A stretch of 64,000 nt of DNA from a bacterium (GCA_004561545.1 SFVK01000004.1:105093-169092), one strand, 5' to 3'; counted from the stretch's first letter, positions 49,682 to 57,997 are shown. Notes: generated by a model not told the origin, from the letters alone. Program-made: numbers and translations.

Positions 49682-50059
49682 ATGAACAAGCTGAAATTTG
49701 CGGTAATCTTCGCCGCCGGCGCGGTGGCCGGGGCGTTTGGTATGTATGCACTGAACGTGGCGCTGGCACGGGACGGCGGCGCCCTGGGCGGCGAGGCATT
49801 GGTGATTCCGTTGGTTGTCCTGCTTCTGTGGGCCGGGTACTGTCTGGGCCACGCCAAGGAGACGGTAGCGGAACTGCTGGACCTGCCGACCGATGAGATC
49901 GAGCCGGCAGACAATGCCGAGTATTGGCATGGGTACACCGAGGGCTACGACGACGCCCTGGCCACCATGGAATTTGCCCGGCCGCCCCGCAAGCGGCCAA
50001 CCAAAAAGCGGCGGCGCAGCGACCGGCAGGCTTTGCCGGAACGCCGCAAGGGGGCGTAA
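49682..50059 (+). CDS. hypothetical phage membrane protein
   Basis: AAGGAGG RBS, two TM segments, basic tail. Confidence 0.75.
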   Translation: MNKLKFAVIFAAGAVAGAFGMYALNVALARDGGALGGEALVIPLVVLLLWAGYCLGHAKETVAELLDLPTDEIEPADNAEYWHGYTEGYDDALATMEFARPPRKRPTKKRRRSDRQALPERRKGA

Positions 50060-50065
50060 GCCCCT

Positions 50066-50128
50066 TCCTTAATGCAGCCGGAGCCGATGGCTCCGCCGGT
50101 CCCAAGCCCGGAAGATGCAGAGGGAGGA
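50066..50128 (+). ncRNA. twister ribozyme, P1 type, cut between T50070 and A50071
   Basis: P1 TCCT/AGGA, TAA, P2 TGCA/TGCA, GCC, P3 GGAGCC/GGCTCC, P4 CCGG-TCCCAAGC-CCGG, GAGGG; both pseudoknots (CCC/GGG, GC/GC) can form. Confidence 0.9.
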
Positions 50129-50155
50129 TCAAATTGGGAGGGAGGTGTACTTTTT

Positions 50156-50557
50156 GTGGACAAGAAGGATTGGGAGAAGGCCAAAGAGCGGCTCATGCTC
50201 CCGTTTGGCAGTGTGAAGCTGATCGCGGACGGTTATGCAGTAACACTGCAAAGAGTGCCGGTCAAAGATATGTTTCACAATGCTATTGCAGTGTTCATCA
50301 ACGGAGAATTCAAAGGAAAATGGCTGCTTGAGGATTGTGAGGAGCGCAGGCGTTTTATCGCGCAGAAAGCAGTTCCGGTAATGAGCCGCAAGGCTATAGC
50401 TGAGTACAACAAGGCTCCCAAGGCAGTCCGCCGCAAGTTCAAGGATTTGCGCGATGCGAAGACAATCGAGTATTGCATCTATTGGACCAATTGGAATGCC
50501 CTTGTCAAGCATTTCGAAGCGCACAACCAGGATATTCAGATAGTAAAGGAGGATTGA
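50156..50557 (+). CDS. hypothetical phage protein
   Basis: GGAGGT RBS, GTG start just after the twister. Confidence 0.7.
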   Translation: MDKKDWEKAKERLMLPFGSVKLIADGYAVTLQRVPVKDMFHNAIAVFINGEFKGKWLLEDCEERRRFIAQKAVPVMSRKAIAEYNKAPKAVRRKFKDLRDAKTIEYCIYWTNWNALVKHFEAHNQDIQIVKED

Positions 50558-50560
50558 CCT

Positions 50561-50788
50561 ATGGAAAACAAGAAGTCATTTCAGCCCTGTGCTGCTGAGC
50601 AGGTACAGGCGTACATTGACCGGCTGCAGGCCATGATCTTCCCGACCGGCGGCGCGGATCTGCTGTATGCGTACATCGCGCTGACCGCGCTGCGGAACGG
50701 TATCCGGCCGCTACTGCCGCCCGACGCCGAAGAGTTTGCGCAGCTGCTCGCCAGCAGATTCCAAGCACAGATCGAAGGAGAGGATTGA
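50561..50788 (+). CDS. hypothetical phage protein
   Basis: AAGGAGG RBS; 75 aa. Confidence 0.7.
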   Translation: MENKKSFQPCAAEQVQAYIDRLQAMIFPTGGADLLYAYIALTALRNGIRPLLPPDAEEFAQLLASRFQAQIEGED

Positions 50789-50791
50789 CCT

Positions 50792-51292
50792 ATGGCAAGA
50801 CGAAAAGTGACCGCCGCGCCGGTGCTGAGCGACTGGGCCGCGGTGGATCAGGCGCTGCGGGACATCCGCGAGTGCCAGCACGCGCTGACCGAGCTGGCCG
50901 TTGACCGTGACCGCCGGCTGGACAGCATCAAAAACGAATACGCCAAAACGGCGCTGCCGCTGCAGAACCGCATCAAGCGCCTGGAGTCCGATGTGAAAGA
51001 CTATGTTGACTGTCACCGCGCCGAAATGGCTGGCAAGAGCCGGACGCTCAACTTCGGCACGGTCGGTTACCGGATCAGTAGCAAGCTGATGCTTCCCACC
51101 GGCAAGGTTGCCGAGGCCATCGCCACGCTGAAGGCTATGGGACGGAAAGAGTTCATCAAGACAACGGAATCTTTGGACCGGGAGGCGCTGAAACGCCAGC
51201 CGCTGGAGTTCCTGAATCAGATCGGGGCCTATATCCGCCAGAGCGACGAGTTCTACTACGACGTGTCGGATGAGCAGCCCGATATGACCTAA
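50792..51292 (+). CDS. gam: Mu Gam-like host-nuclease inhibitor
   Basis: Coiled coil then KSRTLNFGTVGYR...DREAL...DEFYY; Mu early position. Confidence 0.88.
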   Translation: MARRKVTAAPVLSDWAAVDQALRDIRECQHALTELAVDRDRRLDSIKNEYAKTALPLQNRIKRLESDVKDYVDCHRAEMAGKSRTLNFGTVGYRISSKLMLPTGKVAEAIATLKAMGRKEFIKTTESLDREALKRQPLEFLNQIGAYIRQSDEFYYDVSDEQPDMT

Positions 51293-51303
51293 TATGGAGT
51301 GCC

Positions 51304-51495
51304 ATGAGTAAACGGGATTGGAGGCTGCTGCAGGCGTACCTGGCTACGGGCCTGTCGCCGGAGCAGATCGAGGAGCTGAAAGCCGCTGCCGGGTTGAAGA
51401 AGGAGGCTGAGGACAATGGCAGCAATCAACACATATCAAGTCCGAAAAATCTATGCCATTGCCGGTGCACTGGGCATGAAGAGCAGAGACGGTGA
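51304..51495 (+). CDS. small hypothetical phage protein
   Basis: LQAYLATGLSPEQI motif common in phage ORFs; tail overlaps the next gene. Confidence 0.4.
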   Translation: MSKRDWRLLQAYLATGLSPEQIEELKAAAGLKKEAEDNGSNQHISSPKNLCHCRCTGHEEQRR

Positions 51496-51922
51496 CGACG
51501 CCCTGCATGACCTGGTATTTGGGATGACCGGCAAGCAGCACATCAGCGGGCTGACATCGGCCGAGGCCTACGACGTGATCGCTGAGCTGGAAAAGAAGCA
51601 GGGTTCCAATCCCACACCGCGGCGCCGGGGCCGCCCGCAGCGCCCGACGGCACCGGGGCACGCCAGCGAAGGGCAATGCGGCAAAGTATGGCACCTGATG
51701 TATCGCCTGAACGAATTGAGCCCCAGCAAAGCGCGGCTGGCCGACCGGCTGCGCGGCATTATCAAAAAGGAGCTGGGCATGGATTCCGGGTTTGAAAAGC
51801 CGCTTGCATGGCTGAGTTACCAGGATTGCAGCAAGCTGATCGAAATCCTGAAAGCATACATCGCTTCTGCGGAGAAAAAGGCAGGTGGTGCGAATGGGAG
51901 AGTGGGAAGTCAGGATAGATGA
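51416..51922 (+). CDS. GemA/Mu gp16 (DUF1018)-like protein
   Basis: KIYAI...LGM, TGK..IS.LT, WL....CSKLIE.LK; directly upstream of mor. Confidence 0.78.
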   Translation: MAAINTYQVRKIYAIAGALGMKSRDGDDALHDLVFGMTGKQHISGLTSAEAYDVIAELEKKQGSNPTPRRRGRPQRPTAPGHASEGQCGKVWHLMYRLNELSPSKARLADRLRGIIKKELGMDSGFEKPLAWLSYQDCSKLIEILKAYIASAEKKAGGANGRVGSQDR

Positions 51923-52214
51923 TCTGACGGATAAGCAGAGAGAGGTCGCTGACCTGATCGGTTTTGATAACTATCTGAAACTGATCGAATACTACTCTGC
52001 CGATACCATTTACATCCCCAAGCCGGACAGTTTTGCACGGATCAAGCGCAACAAGGCCATTGTGGCCGAGTTCAATGGCTATAATTACAACGAACTGGCG
52101 AAAAAATACGGTCTGACTTCTGTAATGATCCGGAACATTATACGAGAGAAAATCCGTGAAACCGGCCGGACGCCACAACCCGAACAGATGAGCCTGTTTG
52201 ACCCGCCGGAGTAA
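51894..52214 (+). CDS. mor: Mor/C-family transcription activator
   Basis: IYIPK...RN..I..EFNG.N..ELAKKYGLT...IRNI. Confidence 0.88.
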   Translation: MGEWEVRIDDLTDKQREVADLIGFDNYLKLIEYYSADTIYIPKPDSFARIKRNKAIVAEFNGYNYNELAKKYGLTSVMIRNIIREKIRETGRTPQPEQMSLFDPPE

Positions 52215-52223
52215 AATAAAATA

Positions 52224-52296
52224 TTAAAGCATTTCACATTCCCCATTTTACGAATCGTGAGTATCATTGTAGATGCAATGATACTCACGATTTTTT
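52224..52296 (+). promoter_or_regulatory. candidate Mor-activated late promoter overlapping a 17-bp inverted repeat/terminator
   Basis: Dyad TTAAA-GCA-TTTCA; -10 TATCAT at 52262; no -35; AATCGTGAGTATCATTG/CAATGATACTCACGATT followed by a T-run. Confidence 0.55.
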
Positions 52297-52308
52297 ATGG
52301 GGTGCGAG

Positions 52309-52704
52309 ATGGAAGGAATGCAGTTTGACGCAGGGACCTGGTGGCTGGCAGTGCTGCTGCTCGGCGGCGTGACCGGCCTGCTGTGCTGGCTTTTGAAGCG
52401 GAGCTACGACCGGGTGGAAAAGAAAGCTGAAGGTGCCGTGCCGAAGGCTGAGTTCGACAAGCAGCTGGATTCCTGTAAATCCCAGATCCGGGCGATCCAG
52501 GAAACCTATACAACCCGCGCCACCCATGATAAGGATATTGACGAGTGCCGGAAGAAGATTTCCAAAATCAGTGAAGTGTACCTGACAAAAGAGGATTTTT
52601 ACCGCGAGCAGGCTAAAACCGAGCGGAAGCTCGAACAGCAGAATCAGAAGCTTGACCGCGTGTTGGAGATTTTGATGCAGATGCAGCGGAAGGAGAACGC
52701 ATGA
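52309..52704 (+). CDS. phage membrane-anchored coiled-coil protein (Mu gp25-like position)
   Basis: N-terminal TM, coiled coil ending KLDRVLEIL. Confidence 0.7.
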   Translation: MEGMQFDAGTWWLAVLLLGGVTGLLCWLLKRSYDRVEKKAEGAVPKAEFDKQLDSCKSQIRAIQETYTTRATHDKDIDECRKKISKISEVYLTKEDFYREQAKTERKLEQQNQKLDRVLEILMQMQRKENA

Positions 52705-53039
52705 TGGACCTGAAAGAAAAATTGCTGGCTGAGATGAAACAGAATGAACTTGCCCGCGCCAACGGCAGGGTCATGCGCGCACTGAATGTTCTCTATCCGA
52801 AGTACAACAGCCTGCGCGGTATCCAGATCGCTTTGTCCGATGACGGTATCGGTGAAGAGCTGTACACCGCGAGCGTGGACTTTCTCGCGCTGGAAGGGTA
52901 CATCCTGCTGCGCACCGTCAAGGACCATGTGCCGGTGCCCGATCTGGCAGACCACAGCTGGGTCGATCTGGAAGGCAAGCTGTCCGGCAAGGGTACCCGC
53001 CTGCTTGAGGGCGGCATGAAAGACAATCTGGTCAACTGA
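52701..53039 (+). CDS. hypothetical protein (Mu gp26-like position)
   Basis: wHTH-like FL..EGYI...LSGKG; precedes DUF3486. Confidence 0.65.
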   Translation: MMDLKEKLLAEMKQNELARANGRVMRALNVLYPKYNSLRGIQIALSDDGIGEELYTASVDFLALEGYILLRTVKDHVPVPDLADHSWVDLEGKLSGKGTRLLEGGMKDNLVN

Positions 53040-53047
53040 GGTGTGTC

Positions 53048-53617
53048 ATGGGTTGGTCGTTTGGAAAGAAGGGCAACCGCAAGCACAGCAAGATCGACGC
53101 GCTCCCGCCGGAGATGAAAGCTACCGTTGAGGAAATGATCCTCGACGGTAGCGCCACATACAGCGAGATCGTGGAGTACCTGGAAAAGAACGGGTACAGC
53201 CTGAGCACGTCAAGCGTGTGCCGGTATGCCCAGGGGTATGTGGAGAGCGTTCAGGCTTTGCAGATTGCCCAGCAGAACTTCAAAAATATGCTGGAGCAGC
53301 TGGACCGCTACCCGGACCTGGATACCACCGAGGCGCTGGTGCGCATTGCCAGCCAGAACCTGATGAACGCGCTGGCCAGCAAGAAGGACGAAGACTGGTC
53401 CAAGGTCAGCGTGGATAAGCTGATGAACCAGATCAGCGGCCTGACCCGCGCCGTTGCCTACAAGAAACGCGTGGAGCTTCAGAACAAAACCGATCTGGAG
53501 GCCGGCGCCAGCGATGTGAAGGCGATGCTGTGGAACGCTATGGCGAAGGAACGCCCCGACCTGTACAAGCAGGTATCTGGCTATCTGGACCGCAAGGTAC
53601 AGGAGGGAAAGCCATGA
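53048..53617 (+). CDS. DUF3486 / Mu gp27-family protein
   Basis: RKHSKIDALP...TY.EI..YL...GY.LS.SSV.RY. Confidence 0.82.
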   Translation: MGWSFGKKGNRKHSKIDALPPEMKATVEEMILDGSATYSEIVEYLEKNGYSLSTSSVCRYAQGYVESVQALQIAQQNFKNMLEQLDRYPDLDTTEALVRIASQNLMNALASKKDEDWSKVSVDKLMNQISGLTRAVAYKKRVELQNKTDLEAGASDVKAMLWNAMAKERPDLYKQVSGYLDRKVQEGKP

Positions 53618-54168
53618 TGTACGTACTGCAGGTGCTGACCGGCCGGGAAACCGAGATCTGCGGCAAGCTGCGCAGGGCCGGGATCACGGCTTACTGCCCG
53701 CAGGAACGCCGGCAGATTCGCCGCGGCGGGCGATGGCAGGAGCGGCTGTACACGCTGTACCCGTCGTATCTGTTTATCCAGGTCAATGACGTGATCCGCG
53801 TCTACTACGCGATCCGCAAGGAAGACGGCGTGCTGTACTGGCTGGGCGCGACCAAGGGCGCGCCGGAGCCGCTGAGCGAGGACGAGGAAGCCAACATCCT
53901 GTGGCTGGCCGGGGACGGCCCGCTGCCGCCCAGCAAGGCGGTACGGCGGCCGGACGGTGAGCTGGACTTCACCAGCGGGCCGCTGAAGCGCCTGGCCGAG
54001 CTGGAGGCGCTGCGCAGCGTACTGGTCCGGGAACGGCGCGCCACGGCGGTGCTGCCGTTACATGGAATAGAACACAAGATTCGGCTCAGTTTTGAGCTTG
54101 AACAGGAAACCGGGAGTAGTGACGGGGCTGGTTCGCCCCCCAGAGCGAAAGCGGCGGACATACTTTGA
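53614..54168 (+). CDS. NusG-paralogue transcription antiterminator
   Basis: YVLQV.TG.E, LYPSYLFI, GV..WLG, P.PLS..E, SGPL (NGN plus KOW-like). Confidence 0.82.
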   Translation: MMYVLQVLTGRETEICGKLRRAGITAYCPQERRQIRRGGRWQERLYTLYPSYLFIQVNDVIRVYYAIRKEDGVLYWLGATKGAPEPLSEDEEANILWLAGDGPLPPSKAVRRPDGELDFTSGPLKRLAELEALRSVLVRERRATAVLPLHGIEHKIRLSFELEQETGSSDGAGSPPRAKAADIL

Positions 54169-54216
54169 CATCCGAGGAAAAACCGCTGGTTTTGCCCCGG
54201 ATGGCGAAGCATATCC
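54123..54216 (+). ncRNA. candidate structured cis RNA at the 3' end of the NusG paralogue
   Basis: Hairpins GGGGC-TGGTTC-GCCCC and GGATG-GCGAAGCA-TATCC with complementary TTCG(CC)/(GG)CGAA. Confidence 0.4.
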
Positions 54217-54363
54217 CGCGGAAAATCCTGCTTCCCAGTACAATAGAGCACAGACCCCGTTTAATCGCGCCGCAGAGCCGTTTAATTTCGTTTAAGAAAC
54301 GCGGGCGGCAAAACTGCCCGCGCACAAATACACGCGAAAACAGGCCCGTTTCTGCGGGTGCTT

Positions 54364-54392
54364 GGGCGCCGGTCCCGGCGCCCTGATTTTTT
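54364..54392 (+). terminator. intrinsic terminator before the terminase genes
   Basis: GGGCGCCG/CGGCGCCC stem followed by TGATTTTTT. Confidence 0.6.
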
Positions 54393-54411
54393 GCCGAAAG
54401 GAGGCCGCTGC

Positions 54412-54717
54412 ATGAGGAGCAAAAACGCAACGATCCGCGAACTGCTGGCGGACATCCGCACGGCAGCGCAGCAGGAACAGTATAACCCCGCCGAGGATTT
54501 GAAGACCCTGCAAACGCAGTACAAGCGGCTGTCAAAGCGGGAATTTTCCCAACTGCTTGACGCCACGGTGGAAAAGTATACCGCCGGGGAGTGGTCGGCT
54601 ATCCATGCGGCGCTTGTGGCAAAGGCCCGCGCCGGGGATGTGGACGCCATCCGAATGTATCGGGAAATGCAGACCAGCGGTGGCAGCAGTGAGGTGATGA
54701 TCGTTGACGACCTCTAA
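54412..54717 (+). CDS. putative terminase small subunit
   Basis: KARAGDVDAIR...V.IVDDL tail, overlaps the terL start. Confidence 0.55.
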   Translation: MRSKNATIRELLADIRTAAQQEQYNPAEDLKTLQTQYKRLSKREFSQLLDATVEKYTAGEWSAIHAALVAKARAGDVDAIRMYREMQTSGGSSEVMIVDDL

Positions 54718-55960
54718 AAACATGCAGACGGTGCGCCTGCGGGACGTGATTGGCCCGGCCTTTTACGAAACGCACCGCCAGATCAACAAGGGCCTCATTG
54801 ATGAAGCCGTCGAGAAAGGCGGCCGCGCATCCTTAAAAAGCTCTTATGTCAGCGTTGAGGTAATCCTTCAGCTGCTCCGCCACCCGGACTGCCATGCGTT
54901 GGTCTGCCGGCAGGTGGCCGACACGCTGCGGGACAGCGTGTACGCGCAGATCCTGTGGGCCATCGACAAGCTGGGGTTAACGGAAAAGTTCCACTGCACA
55001 CAAAGCCCGCTGCAATGCACCTATCTGCCCACGGGACAGCGCATTTTGTTCCGAGGCCTGGACGATACGCAGAAGATCAAGTCCATCAAGCTGCCGTTCG
55101 GCTACATCGGCGTGTTGTGGTTTGAGGAAGCGGACCAGATCAAAGGCGGAGAGGACGCGGTGCGAAACGTGCAGCAGTCCGCGCTGCGCGGCGGCGAGTT
55201 CGGCCTGACCTTTATCAGCTTCAACCCGCCAGCCGCGGCGCGGAACTGGGCAAACAAGTATGCGCTGGCCCAGCGCCCCGGCAAGCGGGTCCACCACAGC
55301 AGCTACCTGGAAGCCCCGCCCGAATGGCTGGGGCCTAAATTTTTGGCCCAGGCCGAGTACATCAAAGAGACAAAACCCACCAAGTACCGCCACGAGTACC
55401 TGGGCGAAGCTGTGGGCAACGGCACCCAGGTGTTTGACAACATCCGGCTGGAGGAGCTGAGCAACAAGCGCATCCGCAGTTTCGGGGATGCGCTGAACGG
55501 CGTGGACTGGGGCTGGTACCCGGACCCGTGGGCTTACAATCGCTGCTGGTATGATGCCGGACGGCGAACGCTGTACATCTTTGATGAACTGACCAGGCTG
55601 AAAACCAACAACCAGGAGACCGCCAGGCTGGTGCTGGGGCGGATCGAACGCTGGGAGACAGTGACCGCCGACAGTGCCGAGATGAAAAGCTGCGGCGACT
55701 ATCGGGACGCCGGTATCCGCTGCCGCGAGGCGGTCAAGGGTCCCGGCAGCGTGCGGGAATCCATGAAATGGCTGCAGGGCCTGACGGCCATCGTCATCGA
55801 CCCCAAGCGATGCCCCGACACCGCCAAGGAATTCACCGAATATGAATACGAGACCGGAAAGGACGGCGAGGTGCTGCCTGGATATGTGGACGCCGACAAC
55901 CACCACATCGACGCAGTGCGCTACGCCACCAACCGGCTGTGGCTGAGGAGGGGCACCTGA
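54704..55960 (+). CDS. terL: terminase large subunit, PBSX family
   Basis: GGRASLKS, FRGLD...KIKS, WFEEA, SFNPP, GVDWG..PDP, ADSAE, NHHIDAVRYA. Confidence 0.93.
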   Translation: MTTSKNMQTVRLRDVIGPAFYETHRQINKGLIDEAVEKGGRASLKSSYVSVEVILQLLRHPDCHALVCRQVADTLRDSVYAQILWAIDKLGLTEKFHCTQSPLQCTYLPTGQRILFRGLDDTQKIKSIKLPFGYIGVLWFEEADQIKGGEDAVRNVQQSALRGGEFGLTFISFNPPAAARNWANKYALAQRPGKRVHHSSYLEAPPEWLGPKFLAQAEYIKETKPTKYRHEYLGEAVGNGTQVFDNIRLEELSNKRIRSFGDALNGVDWGWYPDPWAYNRCWYDAGRRTLYIFDELTRLKTNNQETARLVLGRIERWETVTADSAEMKSCGDYRDAGIRCREAVKGPGSVRESMKWLQGLTAIVIDPKRCPDTAKEFTEYEYETGKDGEVLPGYVDADNHHIDAVRYATNRLWLRRGT

Positions 55961-56130
55961 TGAAGCTGAAGCACTGGTTTATCGAGACGTTCCTGGCGCC
56001 GTTCGCCCAGGCGGCATTGCGGCAGGAAAACCAGGAATTGCGGGAAGAGCTGACCCGGCTGCAGATCCAGCTGTGCCGCCGCGCCGATCCGCTCCTGTGG
56101 ATGGAGCATGAGCACGGCGAAGATCTGTGA
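55960..56130 (+). CDS. small coiled-coil phage protein (paralogue 1)
   Basis: MKLKHWFIETFLAPFAQAALRQEN..LR.EL. Confidence 0.55.
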   Translation: MKLKHWFIETFLAPFAQAALRQENQELREELTRLQIQLCRRADPLLWMEHEHGEDL

Positions 56131-56146
56131 CGCGGGAGGGGGTACC

Positions 56147-56362
56147 ATGAATCAATTCAAAAAGTGGCTGGTGGAGAACTTCCTCCCGCGGTATGCGAAG
56201 GAAAGCCTGATCGAAGAAAATGACCGGCTGAGGCAGGAATTGCAGGAGGCCCGGCGACAAGCTGATGAGATTCAGCAGTATGCAGCCGGGCTGGAGTACG
56301 CCCTGCGCCACATGCCGGGTGTGGTGGTGCACAACCATGAAAGTAAAAATCGCGATCCCTGA
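56147..56362 (+). CDS. small coiled-coil phage protein (paralogue 2)
   Basis: MNQFKKWLVENFLPRYAKESLIEEN..LR.EL; GGAGG RBS. Confidence 0.7.
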   Translation: MNQFKKWLVENFLPRYAKESLIEENDRLRQELQEARRQADEIQQYAAGLEYALRHMPGVVVHNHESKNRDP

Positions 56363-56460
56363 TTGCAGGGGCTGTCCCTGGCAAAACGGCAGCGACATTT
56401 GTCTGCTGCCGCGGTGTTTCAGGCGCTTGATGGAAGAAATGAAGATCGGAGGTGAGGGCG

Positions 56461-57867
56461 ATGGGAGCGTTTCTGAGGGCGCTGGCCAACAGCGGCGCGA
56501 GTAATATCCAGGAAGCCCTGGGGCTGCCGGACATTACCAGCACGGAGATGCTGGACGCCATTGACACGTGGTTTGCCGACTGGTTCGCCCGCGCCCCGTC
56601 CAAAGAGCTGGGCGAGGACCCGTGCCAGCGCCTGCCCTATGCCATCGTGAACAAGCTGTGCAAGGCGACCTTTGCCGAGTATGACAGTGGCCTACACGAT
56701 ACCGAGACGCCCAAACTGCAATGGATGGACGGCGTCCGCACCGCCTGCGATAAGGTGCGGCGGCTGGCCATGCAGTGGGCCATGGTGGGCGGTGAGGCAT
56801 TTTTGAAGCCCGTCATCCTGCAAAACGGCGGACTGAGCTGGCAGGTGATCCGGCGGGATCACTGGAGCGTGCTGGGCAAGCTGCCGGACGGGCAGATCAC
56901 CGACATGGCGACCTGCGAGAAATCGGTCATTGCCGACCGGGAATATTACACGCTGGTGGAGCGGCGCACGGCGGGGCCGGACGGCCGCCTGACCGTCCGC
57001 AACCGGCTGTATCTGTCCAGCAGCGCCAACACGTTGGGGCAGCGGGTGCCGCTGCAGAGCCTGGCACAGTATGAGAATCTGCAGCCCGAATACACCTACG
57101 TTACCCCCATCGACGGCGTGGGGCTCGTACATATTAAAATGCCCTTTGCCAATACGGTGGATGGTTCCACCGACGGCGTGTCTGTCTATGACCCGGCGCT
57201 GGGCCTGATTCACAACATCAACGCGAACGAATACCAGCTCGACCGGGAATTTGAACTAGGGCGGATGCGGATCGCGGTCAGTGCGGATCTGCTGCAGACA
57301 ACGGGCGCAGACGGCTTGTACTGCAAACGGCTGCGGGATGACCTGTTTGTTGGCCTGGACGGGAGTGAAGCGAACCTTGGCGTCACAGCGTTCGCGCCCT
57401 CCCTGCGCCATGAAAGCTACGAGACACGCCGCCAGGGGTACCTGAAGGCCGTGGAAAACCTGCTGGGGATCAAGCGCGGCATTTTAAGCGACGCCGAGGC
57501 CGTGAGCAAGACGGCGACCGAGATCAATTCCAGCGCCGGGGATTACAGCCTCAGCATCATCGACTTCCAGACCTTGTGGTACGACGCGTTACAGGATGCG
57601 CTGCGCCTGGCCGACCAGATCGGCCGCGCTTACAATCTGTGCGGCAGTGAAGCCTGGGACCCGGAGATGCTGACCGTGACCTGGGGCAACGGCGTCTTGT
57701 ATGACGCTGACGCGGAATGGACCGAGCGCAAAGAGATGGTGCAGATGGGCCTGCTGAAGCCGGAGCTGGCGCTGGCTTGGAAATATGACCTGCCCGCCGA
57801 GACTGAGGCCGACCTGGCCTTCATCCGGCAGAAATATATGCCGGAGCTGGCGGATCTGGAAAGGTAA
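56461..57867 (+). CDS. portal protein (SPP1 gp6/A118-type)
   Basis: YYTLVE, N.LY.S....LGQRVPL, EFELGR, KTATEI; follows terL. Confidence 0.88.
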   Translation: MGAFLRALANSGASNIQEALGLPDITSTEMLDAIDTWFADWFARAPSKELGEDPCQRLPYAIVNKLCKATFAEYDSGLHDTETPKLQWMDGVRTACDKVRRLAMQWAMVGGEAFLKPVILQNGGLSWQVIRRDHWSVLGKLPDGQITDMATCEKSVIADREYYTLVERRTAGPDGRLTVRNRLYLSSSANTLGQRVPLQSLAQYENLQPEYTYVTPIDGVGLVHIKMPFANTVDGSTDGVSVYDPALGLIHNINANEYQLDREFELGRMRIAVSADLLQTTGADGLYCKRLRDDLFVGLDGSEANLGVTAFAPSLRHESYETRRQGYLKAVENLLGIKRGILSDAEAVSKTATEINSSAGDYSLSIIDFQTLWYDALQDALRLADQIGRAYNLCGSEAWDPEMLTVTWGNGVLYDADAEWTERKEMVQMGLLKPELALAWKYDLPAETEADLAFIRQKYMPELADLER

Positions 57868-57997
57868 GGTGCAGCCATGTGTGACGGACTCGTTATTGAT
57901 CTGACCGGCGTATCGTTCCAGGAACTTGCACCGTCCTGTTACCGGGAAGAACTCAATCTCACTACGGGCGTCATCCGTGCAAAGGTGGTGGATACCA

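Noticed and set aside
50072..50155. N-terminal extension of ORF 50072 in the track
   Set aside because: It runs through the twister ribozyme; the RBS supports a GTG start at 50156.
54123..54216. HDV-like ribozyme reading of the post-NusG RNA
   Set aside because: I could not build P1/P1.1/P2 in the required order; kept only as a generic structured RNA.
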